A DNA stretch of 63,586 nt, counting the filler, from Psammoneis japonica (taxonomy: Eukaryota), in assembly GCA_008632985.1 (NCBI GenBank). It is 5 parts of 5 records of this genome, joined end to end, with 100 filler letters (N's around TTAATTAATTAA, not from the genome) between each part and the next. Parts side by side here need not be neighbours in the genome. Positions count along the whole stretch, not along the records: positions 32,001 to 40,907 come from QPGO01000185.1; positions 41,008 to 54,367 come from QPGO01000210.1; 3 more parts are not named here. One strand, written 5' to 3'. Below the pieces are notes generated by a model. The model ran no database searches, had not been told where the DNA came from, and was given only the letters and a program-made list of their open reading frames with translations. Below, piece after piece: positions 38,401 through 50,328 of the stretch (its first letter is position 1; the number at the start of each line of letters is the position of its first letter). The position numbers and the translations under genes are program-made.

Positions 38401-40907
38401 GCATAACTGGCCAGTTGAGCAAGATCACTCTGAAGCTCTTCCTCTGCAACAGGATGGTGTCTCACTGTGAACTGCTTTCAAACACAGAAGTCAGATCCAT
38501 CAAGTGTGTCACAAGCTCTTTCTTGGATGCATTGCAGCAGTGAGCAAGCAACTTGAGATGGGTGTGCCAAAAGTGAGTGGTGCCCATGCCCACCACTGGC
38601 AGAACACACTCAGCAAGCACAGCTGAGCAGCAGCAACCTCTGGCAGAATGCACTCTACAAGCCCAGCTGAGCAGCAGCAGCAGCAGCTGTTCTCACAAGC
38701 ACAGAAAATGAGAAGCAACAAAAGCATGCTTGCTTGTGTGAAGCTTTTTGTCACCCAAGTGCTCTCAGGCCAAGCAGACTCTGCATCCCCCACCTTTGAA
38801 ACAAGAATGCAGGCACCAGCTTGCTTGGACCCTGGTGAGCAATTTTGACAATCTGGGTGATTTTGAATTTTTTGCTTCCACAACCCAACAGAGTTTTGTC
38901 AGAGAGTTGGGAGCCATTCCTCCACTCCTCTGGGTGGCAGGTGGATGACTCACTCTCACCAGGTTGCACTTGACACTCCAGTGTCTGCCCCAATCTCTGC
39001 TGTCTTTGAACACAGACTTCAATCTCTCTGCCTTTGTGCAGGGAAGGCATTGTTTGATGACCTGATTCTGTGTGCACCCAGAGAGATCCAGGGCACCACA
39101 AGAGTTTTGTCATGGCACTGGTGGCAGTGTGATGGATTTGTGACATCTTCCCAAAGAAACCTTTGGCTGAACCCTTGTGATGTGTGGAGCTGTTCAGGAA
39201 CTTTGACAGACCCAGACATGTTGAAGAAAAGATGTCATTGCTCCTGATGTGGAGGATGCGGCAACTCATTGAGTGCAAAGATGTGCCATCGCTGATCCCA
39301 CCCATTTTGTTGTTCTCACTCTTTGGAGTGAATCATTTGGTTTGCATGATTGTTGAGTGGTGTCAAGAGGCACCTGATGTTGGCAGTTGTTGATTTTCCA
39401 TTAATTCCCAGGCAAACCACAGCCACAGCAGACTGCAAGACAAGTGCAACCAGTTGCTCAGGAGAGGACCTCAAGGAAGGGATTCCCTTTACAAGGCATT
39501 GCCTTGCTGATTCAACATTCACACCAGAGAGTCATGGGTGCCAAGTTTGGTGCTCATCTGCTGGAAGACTGCTGACAACACCAAGATGTCAGAATGCCTG
39601 CACAATGAGTGGCAGAGGAGTGTGCAGATCAAGCTGTTGAGGCCAAGGATGTGGTCCAGCAGAGGAGATGGAAGTCACAGGTTGCAACCACAAGGGTGAC
39701 ATGTCTTGTGCCAAGTGGTTCAAGAAGACCAGCAAGAAACTGGAGATTGAGAGGCAGAGCCATGCATGGATGTGAGAGGCAGAAAAGACAATGGCCCATC
39801 AGTGGACAGCAACAACACATGAGTGTTGACACCAAAAAATCTGACAGATCAACCTGTTCCAGCCAAAGCAGAAGAAGCACTGCATGACCACCAAGAGAAC
39901 AGAGGGGAGCATGAATGACCAAGCCAACACAGACATTGATTCCAAGGAGATTGTCCTTGACAATGGCTCTGGTGCCCTTGGCATGGCAGCAAGCTGGAAA
40001 CTGGTGCACAATGTGTGACCAGCGAGGATCAAGATTGACCCATCAACCAATGCCCACACCCCAGATGAAGCCTGGGCAATGCCAGGATGGAGAGACATGA
40101 AGCTTGGGTCAGATGATGTGATGGCCAGTGACCTCAATTTAAAGGATGTGAAGAGCAAGCACTGCATGACTTGAGATGACGGAATTGCAGATGAGTTCCA
40201 ACTGTTGGGCAAGAAAACTGGGGACAAAAGCTGCAGTGTTCAAAGTTGACAACATTGGGCTGCACATGTTTGCACCAAGTTGAAAATTCTTCAACTGTGC
40301 CAAAGAGCTGCAAGAGCAAGAAGAGCATGTGAGCATGCTGTTGAAGGACAAGAGGAGAGCCACCACCAAAAAGGAGCACAAGGACACATCCAGAGTGATC
40401 ATTCCCACTGCAGAACAAAACACCAAGGGCTGCTCTAAGAGAGAGCAAGCCAAGAAAGCTTTCAGGCTGCAGTGTGAGGGATTTTAAACTGTCATTTTTA
40501 TCAAACCAGGTGAAGAATCTGACCATTGCACCTGAAGACATTGACAGAATGGCGGCCATGTGGGGACCACAGACAGCACACTAAAAGAAAGACCAAGCCT
40601 GCACACCCTGCCCATGAGAGAAATGCTCTGCATTGATGTCATGGAAGCATGTGGAGTCAAGACATTGTGCACAACAGACAAGACAAGCAAGCACCAATCA
40701 AACATGAAGCCAAACACCAAGAACTGCACCAATGCACACAAGGCATTGACGTGGTGATCCTGCAACAGCGCATGACACCAACACATTTAAGATCAACTCA
40801 TCAAGAACAACCTTGAGTTCAAGGATGTGGTGTTGGCGGCCATGCTGATGGCATGGACCCAGAACCAATGGTCCATGAATGCCAAACCACCATGTTCCTG
40901 AAGTGGA
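35420..40907. mobile_element. Highly degenerate TpA/CpG-depleted repeat relic, unclassified
   Basis: About 19 TA and about 20-25 CG in ~5.5 kb by manual count; short tandem CTCTCTGCTSTAGAGCTG at the left edge (~35370-35415). Confidence 0.6.
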
Positions 40908-41007
40908 NNNNNNNNNNNNNNNNNNNNNNNNNNNNNNNNNNNNNNNNNNNNTTAATTAATTAANNNNNNNNNNNNNNNNNNNNNNNNNNNNNNNNNNNNN
41001 NNNNNNN
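40908..41007. other. Artificial contig linker
   Basis: N44-TTAATTAATTAA-N44. Confidence 0.97.
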
Positions 41008-44000
41008 GAGCTTCTTCCTGATCGGAAGGCTTTCCCAACCACCGTTCTCGTTGTTCTTGGGTTGTAAGGTTGCTTGCAAAGAATGTGCTCGCAGCTCTTT
41101 GCAGCATCCTTGTCCATTGTGCATGTCGAACACAGCCAACAATTTCTTCCATTGTTTGACAACCTGGAAGAAGGTTGCAAGAGTGAAGGGAATCACTGTG
41201 TCCCCCCTTCTTCGTTTTTGGAGAGCAAGGCCCGAAGATCAACCAGATTTTGGAAAAATTGAGTCGTCCCAAAACGACTGTCATGCCACTCTCCATCTGG
41301 CATCCAGCAGCAGTCCAACATGATTTGGTCGAACCCATGATTGTCGAAATCAACAAGTTTCTCAAACTGCTGCTTGACTCTCTTGACGAAATCTCTTGCT
41401 TTCACATTGCAATTTAAGTGCAGATCAGGATGTCCGTCTTGGAGAGAAACTGTTGGAACGACGTTTGTGACTGTTTTGTTAGATTCCTCAAATGCCATTG
41501 CNNNNNNNNNNNNNNNNNNNNNNNNNNNNNNNNNNNNNNNNNNNNNNNNNNNNNNNNNNNNNNNNNNNNNNNNNNNNNNNNNNNNNNNNNNNNNNNNNNN
41601 NNNNNNNNNNNNNNNNNNNNNNNNNNNNNNNNNNNNNNNNNNNNNNNNNNNNNNNNNNNNNNNNNNNNNNNNNNNNNNNNNNNNNNNNNNNNNNNNNNNN
41701 NNNNNNNNNNNNNNNNNNNNNNNNNNNNNNNNNNNNNNNNNNNNNNNNNNNNNNNNNNNNNNNNNNNNNNNNNNNNNNNNNNNNNNNNNNNNNNNNNNNN
41801 NNNNNNNNNNNNNNNNNNNNNNNNNNNNNNNNNNNNNNNNNNNNNNNNNNNNNNNNNNNNNNNNNNNNNNNNNNNNNNNNNNNNNNNNNNNNNNNNNNNN
41901 NNNNNNNNNNNNNNNNNNNNNNNNNNNNNNNNNNNNNNNNNNNNNNNNNNNNNNNNNNNNNNNNNNNNNNNNNNNNNNNNNNNNNNNNNNNNNNNNNNNN
42001 NNNNNNNNNNNNNNNNNNNNNNNNNNNNNNNNNNNNNNNNNNNNNNNNNNNNNNNNNNNNNNNNNNNNNNNNNNNNNNNNNNNNNNNNNNNNNNNNNNNN
42101 NNNNNNNNNNNNNNNNNNNNNNNNNNNNNNNNNNNNNNNNNNNNNNNNNNNNNNNNNNNNNNNNNNNNNNNNNNNNNNNNNNNNNNNGGACCTTCATTTC
42201 CTCCATTTGCTTTGCCACTCCCAACTTGGCCACCGGATGGACAAGATTATGAAGGTCAGGGTGAGGATGGATCCCTGTGCCACACAGCATCAATGTCTGC
42301 ATGGAGTTCATGCATCTGAACTCTCCACAATCAGCACCTGTGTGATCCCATGTTTGGACCACGGTTTCAAACATGTCCTCGATCGCCTTGTGGTCAAACG
42401 CCAGCTTGCCAACATTGTCGTTGATCCAGTCAATGACAACAACCAGTCCGCCAACAAGCAAATCCATCAAACTGTTAAGTTTCGTCCCGCACTCTGCCAC
42501 ATGAACCTCCTTGAAATCGAGTCCCGGGCTCTGCATGCGTCGGTTGTTGCGATCCCCCGCAATGCTGCCGAACAGCCTGTGGCTTCTCTGAAGCAATGAA
42601 GGACACAATCGCCAGCCACGAAAGGACGCTTCACAGCATCTGTGTTGCACAACAAGCAGTGAAAACGGGAGAATCCGGTTTGACACCCAGCCACAATGGC
42701 GCAATGAAAGCAATCACACACACCAACCTCGTCGAGGTTGTCAATGATTGCCGAACAACCGCACGAGAAATTAAAGTCCTTCACGATGGCAAACGGAAGA
42801 CATTTCCTTGGCATGACAACAACGGGATGCTCAACTGTGTCGGACGGAAGATTTGGCTTGCCAATTTCCTCTTCCACCCACACAGAGTGAGGGTCAAGGA
42901 AAAAATCTTTGATGTTTCTGTGGGTTGGCTTGCCCGACGGAGGACGACAAGGGCCACGGCATCTCATCATTTCTGCAGCACATGACAGATCAAGTTTTGC
43001 GAAATGACCATGCACACGCGATCGGAACTCGGCACCCATGCCGAACTGACACAGTTTCCAGCATTGCCTTTGGATGCAGTGACAACCTTCAACGACCAAG
43101 AGCGACCAACAGCGTCTCGCAGTGATGAGCAAAGAGCACCAGTCTTGGTGCACCCATCCATGTCACAATCCTCTTTGTCAATGTGCAGCTCGGTTTTCGA
43201 ATTGACGGATTTTTTGCCGGACGACGAGATGCACTTCACTTGAATTTCCACGCCTTCCCTTCTAATGTGCTTGGCTCCAACCATCTTACGGAGCTCAGCC
43301 GCGAAAAGACTGTCACGGCACGGGTCATGGAAGGAATGCATTTCTTTCAAAGCAACAAGATTGATTTTGTCCTCGCAGAGTTGCACGGCGTCCAAGATTG
43401 AGGCTGTCATCACCTGCACATCCTTTGGAAGCTTCTCCCACTTGTCCCTGCCAAAGACAGCACCAGGCTTGTGAGCAGGTCCCACTTCATCTAACTCGCC
43501 ATCTGCGACTTCGTAATTCTGGCCACAACAACCAAAACAGATCCGACAGCGCAACTTGCACTCTGGTCCATCCCTTTTTTTGTTCGGCTCGCCATGTTCC
43601 AACACTGCACGGAGTGTCGACGACACACTGAATCGCAATCCAAAAAAGCATTTCTGACACATCTTGTCCGTGTGTCGCAAACAAGTGACCACGTCAGAAA
43701 AATGAGAGGTTGACTGGGTCGGGCAAGTGATCGCAACCATCGATTCTTGCGTTGGATCATTGGGAGCTGCGCCGTTTTCAAATCCATGCACAAACTTGCG
43801 GAGGTGACTCGCCAAGCAGAAATTGGAGATGCTGTGGAATGACTGGTGCTTGACACAGTTCCCCTTGAAGGAACCGGAAATGGGGGTTTCCTCAAAAGAC
43901 GACAAGGTGAGAATGTTGTGACTTCACCTCACCCGGAATCGCAAACGGAGATGGTTCAGGAAACACTTTCACAAGCTCTTCTTTTGTGAAATTGTCTGGC

Positions 44001-46240
44001 AGAGGAGGAGGTGACTGACAAGTTGCACCAAGGGTCAGCCACTTTGTTCGGGAACATTCAAATTGTTCCTCGAGAGTCGGCACATCTTGAAGAATCAGCG
44101 ATTTGTTCTGAGAAACATCAGAAGGTTCGCCATCTTTGGCGTTTTTGAGACTGGGGCTTGAGGAGCAAAGGGAGGCGGCTGAAGAGGTGGCAAGAAGAAC
44201 AGAAGAATTGGAGACAAGAAGAGGAGGACAAACAATCAATCAAACAATGTGGTGGATTCACACCATTTGGATTTTTTTGTTTCCGAGATTTTTTCATGAC
44301 GGATGGGGTTGCATTGCCGATTTCTTTCTTCTTGTGCTGAGTGGCAAAGTCACGAAGCCTGGCTTTCCACATGGCCTCAAAACGATCCCTTGTGGCCTTG
44401 CTTTTGCCGGAATCATCAGCGGCAGAAACCACACGATCAATTTTCACACATCTTAAAAGAGTCTCATCGACATGTGTTGCGTGCATTTGTTCTCGCTCGA
44501 CATCGAGCATCGCTGGTCGCGCGGGCTTTTCCCAAGAATTTTTGTGTTGGCGGAACAACGACTTTACGAATTCAGGGAAGGACACAGGGCATTCGTCTTT
44601 GGTCGTCTCACAGTGACCAAGAGCCAGGAAATTCTCCAAAAAGTTGATGCAAGTCAATGTCTTGTCACATTCGCCGAACAGGGAGTGCAGCCAACAACCG
44701 CAATCACCATTCCTTTCAGGTGCGCACGGCAAAATCTTGTCACGAAGAATCAAAAAACCAATGTGAAGGTGTTGCGCGCAACGCAAAACCTTCCCTTCAA
44801 AACTTCTCAGCTCAGTGTGCTTGACAAGTGGCTCTCCCTTTGGGTCGCACAATCTGGGATCATGGAGAAGCTTGCACAACATGGTGATCTTTGCCATCAT
44901 GTTGGTTGCAATGTCTGTTGATTTTGCCTTGTTGCCGATGACTTTCATGTCCTCCACTTTGGGAGCACGGCGATGCTCCATCGCATGAGGATGTTTGGTG
45001 CCTTGACTGGAACAACTCCATCTTTTTGCAGAAAGAAAGTGCAGCAAGCTCTTGTGCCCAAGTTCCTTTGCAACAACACGGTTCACAGCCATTGGCTCTG
45101 CAAAAAAATGAGGTCGGCCCTTCGACTTTTGCCACACATGGGCAAGCGCGATCCAATTCGGAGAGGGATCACAAGTGGAATCGCAGTGAAACTGAACCTT
45201 GGATTTCGCCGTCTCGATTGTCGCTTTGACACGGCTCCGCTCGTTGCCATCGATCACTCCAAAACCGTTGGCAAAGAGAGATTCAAACACGGCCTCCTCG
45301 AGGTGGGAATCATTGTTGTCTTGCGACAGAGAGGTGACCGACAGGTCACGCGGCGCCATGGTTGCTGTTCCAACACCAAAAAATCTGGTTTCTGTGGAAA
45401 TGCACCAGAGTGGTGTGTGGGAGAAGTTGCACATGCGCCTGGCACGATTTGGAGTTTCAAACACAAAAACCCACCAGACGCATGTGCAACTTCTCCCAGG
45501 GAAATCCTGCATGAGATTGCACCGGGAAAGGGCAACACAGAGTGCAGAGCTGATGGAAACAAACATTGTGCGGAACCGCATCAGGAGAAAGGGTGCATGC
45601 ACTGGAAAACAACATGGATTTCTGCATGTGCGTTAAGGTGCGTAAAAAACACGTGGGGGTCTTCAAGCGACGCACGCGAACAATCACATAGAAACATTCA
45701 GAAACGGAGACAGCACAGAGAGAAGTCAGAAACATGGATCCAAAACAAAGTGACACACAACAGAAAAAAAAACAACAACAACAAGAGATGAAGGCAACGG
45801 CGATGGGATCGATGAAAAAGAAGGATTCGGATGGAAAGACGCCGGAGACGGTGAAAACAGGCGGCGCCAAGATGAGGAAGGAAGAGAAAAATGGGGCAGG
45901 CAAAATGAAGAAAGAGAAAAAGAAGCCGACAACACGACGTCAAGAGGGGAGCAGCGATGCGATTCAGCGTTTTGAGGGACCTCTTCCTCTCAATGATGTT
46001 CGCCCAAAATCGCAAGAAATGCAGTGTGGCTTTTTTGGAATGGCGACGAGGAAACATCCAACGCGGCAGCGGCACATTTGAAATTCTTGCAAGAGAGCGG
46101 ACAAGACACATGGAATGAAGAGGATGATGCGGACGACTGGGCAAATTGGAGCGCAGTTGTTGATCAAACAATCAGCGCACACTTTGCATGATGAAAATTT
46201 CATTGCATGCAATTGCAGTGTTTGGCTTGTCGTCAAAGAT
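41008..46240 (-). pseudogene. Long degenerate minus-strand coding region of unknown family within repeat DNA
   Basis: Successive protein-like ORFs 44118-45602, 42967-43905 and 42467-43153, almost Tyr-free; TA lost but CG retained. Confidence 0.45.
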
Positions 46241-46249
46241 CACCAGTTG

Positions 46250-49200
46250 TTGTGAAAAAGGCAGAGCACAAAAATTAAAAAACATCGGTGTTCAAACATG
46301 AAGAACAGCAGGAGATTGACAATTGGCCAAATGACAAAAACCGTCATGTGCAGACAAGTGGGTTTTAAAACACAGCAACACATTTTTGTCATGTGTGCAG
46401 ACATTGCGATGTCGTGCACTCTGATGCACTGGTTGAGCCAGCATGCAACTTTTGCACTTGCTTGCTGCAGGCAGCCTGGCTGCTGTCTTCCCCAGAGGAT
46501 CAGCTGGAGAGCAGCTTGCCAGCACAGATGGCAACTGGTTGACACCCCAGCAATGGCGACAACAAGCAAGTCCTCAAGCTTTGGCCTTGGAGAAGAAACT
46601 CTTCCCGAGCAGCACATTTGTGGCTTGTCAGCAGGAGGACAACAGCTTTGAGCAGAAGAGCAAGCAGCAAACTTGTGTCACCACACAGCAAACAAGATTT
46701 CATCATGGAAATGCACAGAATGAGTGCACCACTCTGTGGCCAGAAGAGGGAGGTCTGGAATGTGATGATCACAGGACAAGAAGAAAAATGTGGCTCATGT
46801 TCCAAGCTCATGTTGCAGTGCATGTTCTCATTCCCTGTCACACTTCATGGAACAACCACACTCTGATGCCTCAGTCCATGCTCTGAAAAAGGCCTTTTCA
46901 ACTGCAAAGGAAAAACTGGAATGTGTGCACTGAGTTTGCCAAACAAATGGAATGCCCCATGCTCTTGGAGCACATGGCATCTGTCTGCCTGTTCTCTGGC
47001 ATCTGTCTGTCAGCTCAAGAGAGCAGAGTTGCTCTGCCCCCTGGCACTGAGCCATTTTTTCTTCTGCTGAACACATCTTTTTTTTCTGGCAGCCCTGCCA
47101 CTTGACAATGGCAGGCACATGATGCACACCAAAGTGGCAGCCACACTCACTCAACAAGCACGACTCAGTTGCAAGTTTGACAATGGCGCTGCTTGCGCTG
47201 CTGGCATCAAAAAGTGCAGTTTGGTTTGATGCAGTGCCTCACTCTGCTGCAGCATCATGGCCATGCTTGGAGCTTGTGAAGTGAAAAGGATGTGTCACAA
47301 AATGACAATGAAAAGAAAATGTGAGAGACTCAGAAGTTTTGAGAGAACAACAAATCCCTCAGCAGCCAGTGTCCTCCAACTTGCCACAAAGCACAGGTGG
47401 ATGAGCACCCCCTCCACCTCCTCTTGACACTGACTTTCCTCATTGTTGCTGTTTGTTTGATGTGCTTGAAATTGTGCACAATTTTTGCAGGAGCAACAAG
47501 CGCCAAGTGCAGCAGATGACAAGAGAAAAAAGATGCCAATGCAAAGACTCTGCTGCTCCACCATCAATTTGTGCACATGCCACCAACTCAACAAAAATTC
47601 ATGGAATTTTGCAGTGCTTTTCTTCATGCTTTCAAGCAAAAAGTCTTTGTTTCCTCTCAATGTCAACACATCTGAATGGCGCAAAAGAGGCTCAGCACAT
47701 GCGTGCTGATGACCTGGCTCTGTCTCCAATCTTGTGTGATGGGTTCAGCCAAAGCGCACCCACTGTCTTTGTTGTTGAGCCAAACATCAAATGCACGCAT
47801 GCAGACATGAGATCACAGATTGACTTTCCATGGCAAAAACAAAAACACAAAAGTGGTGCACAAAGAAGAAGACAAGAACCAAGAGAAGCAGAGACAAGGC
47901 ACGTGAGACTTGGTCGTGTGCCTCTTTGCTGTTGCCATCACTTCCGGCCTGTTGCAGCCATGGGTGATGAGCAATCCATCATGGGAGAGGCTAATTTTCT
48001 GGACAGTTTGGCACACTCAACTCCTTCAAATTTGAACATTTCAAAAATTGAAAGGTGAGTGCAGACAAAAAACCAAAAGTTTTGTGTGTGATTTGGGAGA
48101 AAACCAATTGTGAACAAGTTCATTGTGCTGAATTGCAAAAACAGGCCAGTGATGGGAATCAAGCCTGTGCATGTCACCTGGAGCTGGGGCAGCATCAAAG
48201 TGCTGGAAGGGCCAGTTGGTTGCAACAACCAGCAGCTTCATTAAAAATGCAGACAATTTTCTTTCCCTTGGCATGGCTCTGCTGTGCAGCAGCAGCTTCC
48301 ACAATTCCATTGCTGATGCACATGTGGTGGAATGCCAGAAGCATCCAAGTGCAGTCTGGCAAACTCATCCATTGTTCATCATGGAGCACAAACAGAATGG
48401 TGGTTGCATGGAGTGTGCTTTTCATGTTCCTTGAGAATCTCCTCACAATCATGGAGTGTGGATGTGCACTCCATGAAAAGTGGCCTCCACGAAATGTGCA
48501 AAAATGGCCTTGTTTCTTGCAGAATGGCTCAGAGGAATGTGAGAAAAAAGGCTTGTTCTGCACACTTCCATGAAGTCTCATTTGCTGCACACACCTTTGC
48601 ACTTGTTTGTTGTGGCATGGCCAGCATGACCACTTGGGTGCTGAGGCCACCAAGGCCTGCATTGAAGTCTGCCAAGAAAATTTCCAGAGTGGGCAAGCCA
48701 TGAGGCCAGCACTTTCTTGCATCTCTGCTTTTGCAAGATGGCAGCCTGGAGCTCCTGAACAAAGGATGAGCAGCAGCAGCAAATTTGAGGTGCACAAGAA
48801 AGCCTTCATTCTGGACAGACAGTGCACATTCATCCAGCCCCCAGATGACTGGGCAGCACTGGCACTCTGGCTTCTGACAGCTTTCAGCATGATGAGGCAG
48901 CTCTGTTGTCTGGAGAGCAGCTTGAACAAATTTGGCAAATGTGCAGCACCAAACCCACAGAGATGACACTCAGACAGAGACGCACACTCAGCAATTGCAA
49001 AATGCAGAGTGAAGCACCAATTTCTTGAGGCTCAAACATTTCTGGCGCACGCTGCTGCACCCAAGCTTTCTCCCATGGCAAGCTCCACATGTGTGGCTGT
49101 TGTGCATGGCTGTTGTGCAAATGCACAGCAACACACTGCCTCAGATGTGTGTGGTGCCATCCTTTTGGCTTTTGTGGCAGACGCCCTTCATGCCGCAACT

Positions 49201-49900
49201 GCGCATGCTTTCAAATGCCAGGCACGTGCCTTCTTGGCCAAGCAGAGAGCTGCGTGCTTGAAACTTTCCTTCTCTTTGGCATTGAGCCATCTCTTTTTGA
49301 TGTTTGGTTGAGTCCCACCCACTGAAATTTTTGCCCAAGGAGTGTGCTGCATGTGGTGCGGGTGCCGAGTGTCGTGGCGTGCCTTGCTTTGGAGCAACTG
49401 CGCTGGAGCTCTTGCTTGGCTGCCATTGTTGTTGACAGCATGGGCACAGAGAGGCCAGTGGCTGCCATCCCTCCCTTGAAAGATGAGGATGCTTCACTCA
49501 AAGATCTGAGAAGCAAAGGCAGGCACCTTTGACATGGCTGGTTGCCACATCCCAACCAGCAGTTAAAACTTGCTTTTCTTTGACCATGTGCTGCGGCATG
49601 CAGGGCGGTTGCATCACCACAGCGCGCCATGCGCAGCGACACGCATGGGCACAGGTTTTCACGCGCCGCAGTTGGTGTGAACACCACAACACTTTTTTTT
49701 GTGAGCGACAATGACAGGCTTGCGTCGCTTGCGCCGTCGCCGTCAATTCTTCATGCAAGGTTAGACACTCATGAGATCATCTCCATTCATTCACATGATG
49801 CACATGCCTTGGCTCTGTCTCGACAAGTGCCGCTGTTTTGATTTTTTGTTTTGCATGTGCTCCTGTCAGTCACGAGTCAACAACCGAGTCTGATTCACGG
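46250..49900. mobile_element. Degenerate TpA-depleted (mostly also CpG-depleted) repeat relic
   Basis: Composition only; no recognisable domain. Confidence 0.5.
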
Positions 49901-49939
49901 ATGACGCTTCCGGTCATGGATCTCTTCTTCTGGAAGAAA

Positions 49940-50167
49940 TGTCCATTGAGTCTTCTAGCGACAGCAATCGGAGTGACACACACGACCGTCAGGTCATGAT
50001 GTCATCTCCAATCCCTCGTGAGATCTTCTCACAATTCGCATCTTCAGCGCATCTCATTGTCCCAAAACTGCTTCTTGTCATCCTCTGTTGTGTTGTGCAA
50101 CCTCAAGAGAGTCCTGAACTCTCCATCCCACACAGTGCATTGTTGCATCCCAAGTGGTTACGACCCC
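49940..50167 (+). repeat. Candidate Copia 5' LTR (49940-50152) and primer-binding-site-like GGTTACGACCCC (50156-50167)
   Basis: TG...CA segment followed by a motif resembling the GGTTATGRGCCC half-tRNAiMet PBS, ~160 bp before the gag ATG; second LTR not in the window. Confidence 0.35.
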
Positions 50168-50328
50168 AATCCACGCACCGGTGTCAACTCCCAATGGAGT
50201 TGCTGCCACTCGTTCGTCTCGTTACAGACGACATCCCATCCAACGGCGATCTTCTGTGTCGCAATCCAACGGCGATCATCTACATCGCAATCCCCACCTG
50301 CTAATCGATCCTCTACATCGAATCATCC

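Noticed and set aside
37200..39300. Faint resemblance of minus-strand fragments (DTGV, LDKLHF) to a KDZ-type transposase
   Set aside because: Too degenerate and scattered over frames to support without a profile search.
35420..40907. Many Cys/His-rich ORFs resembling metal-binding proteins, or hinting at an alternative genetic code
   Set aside because: They occur in all six frames without domains and are explained by TA loss; neighbouring genes use the standard code.
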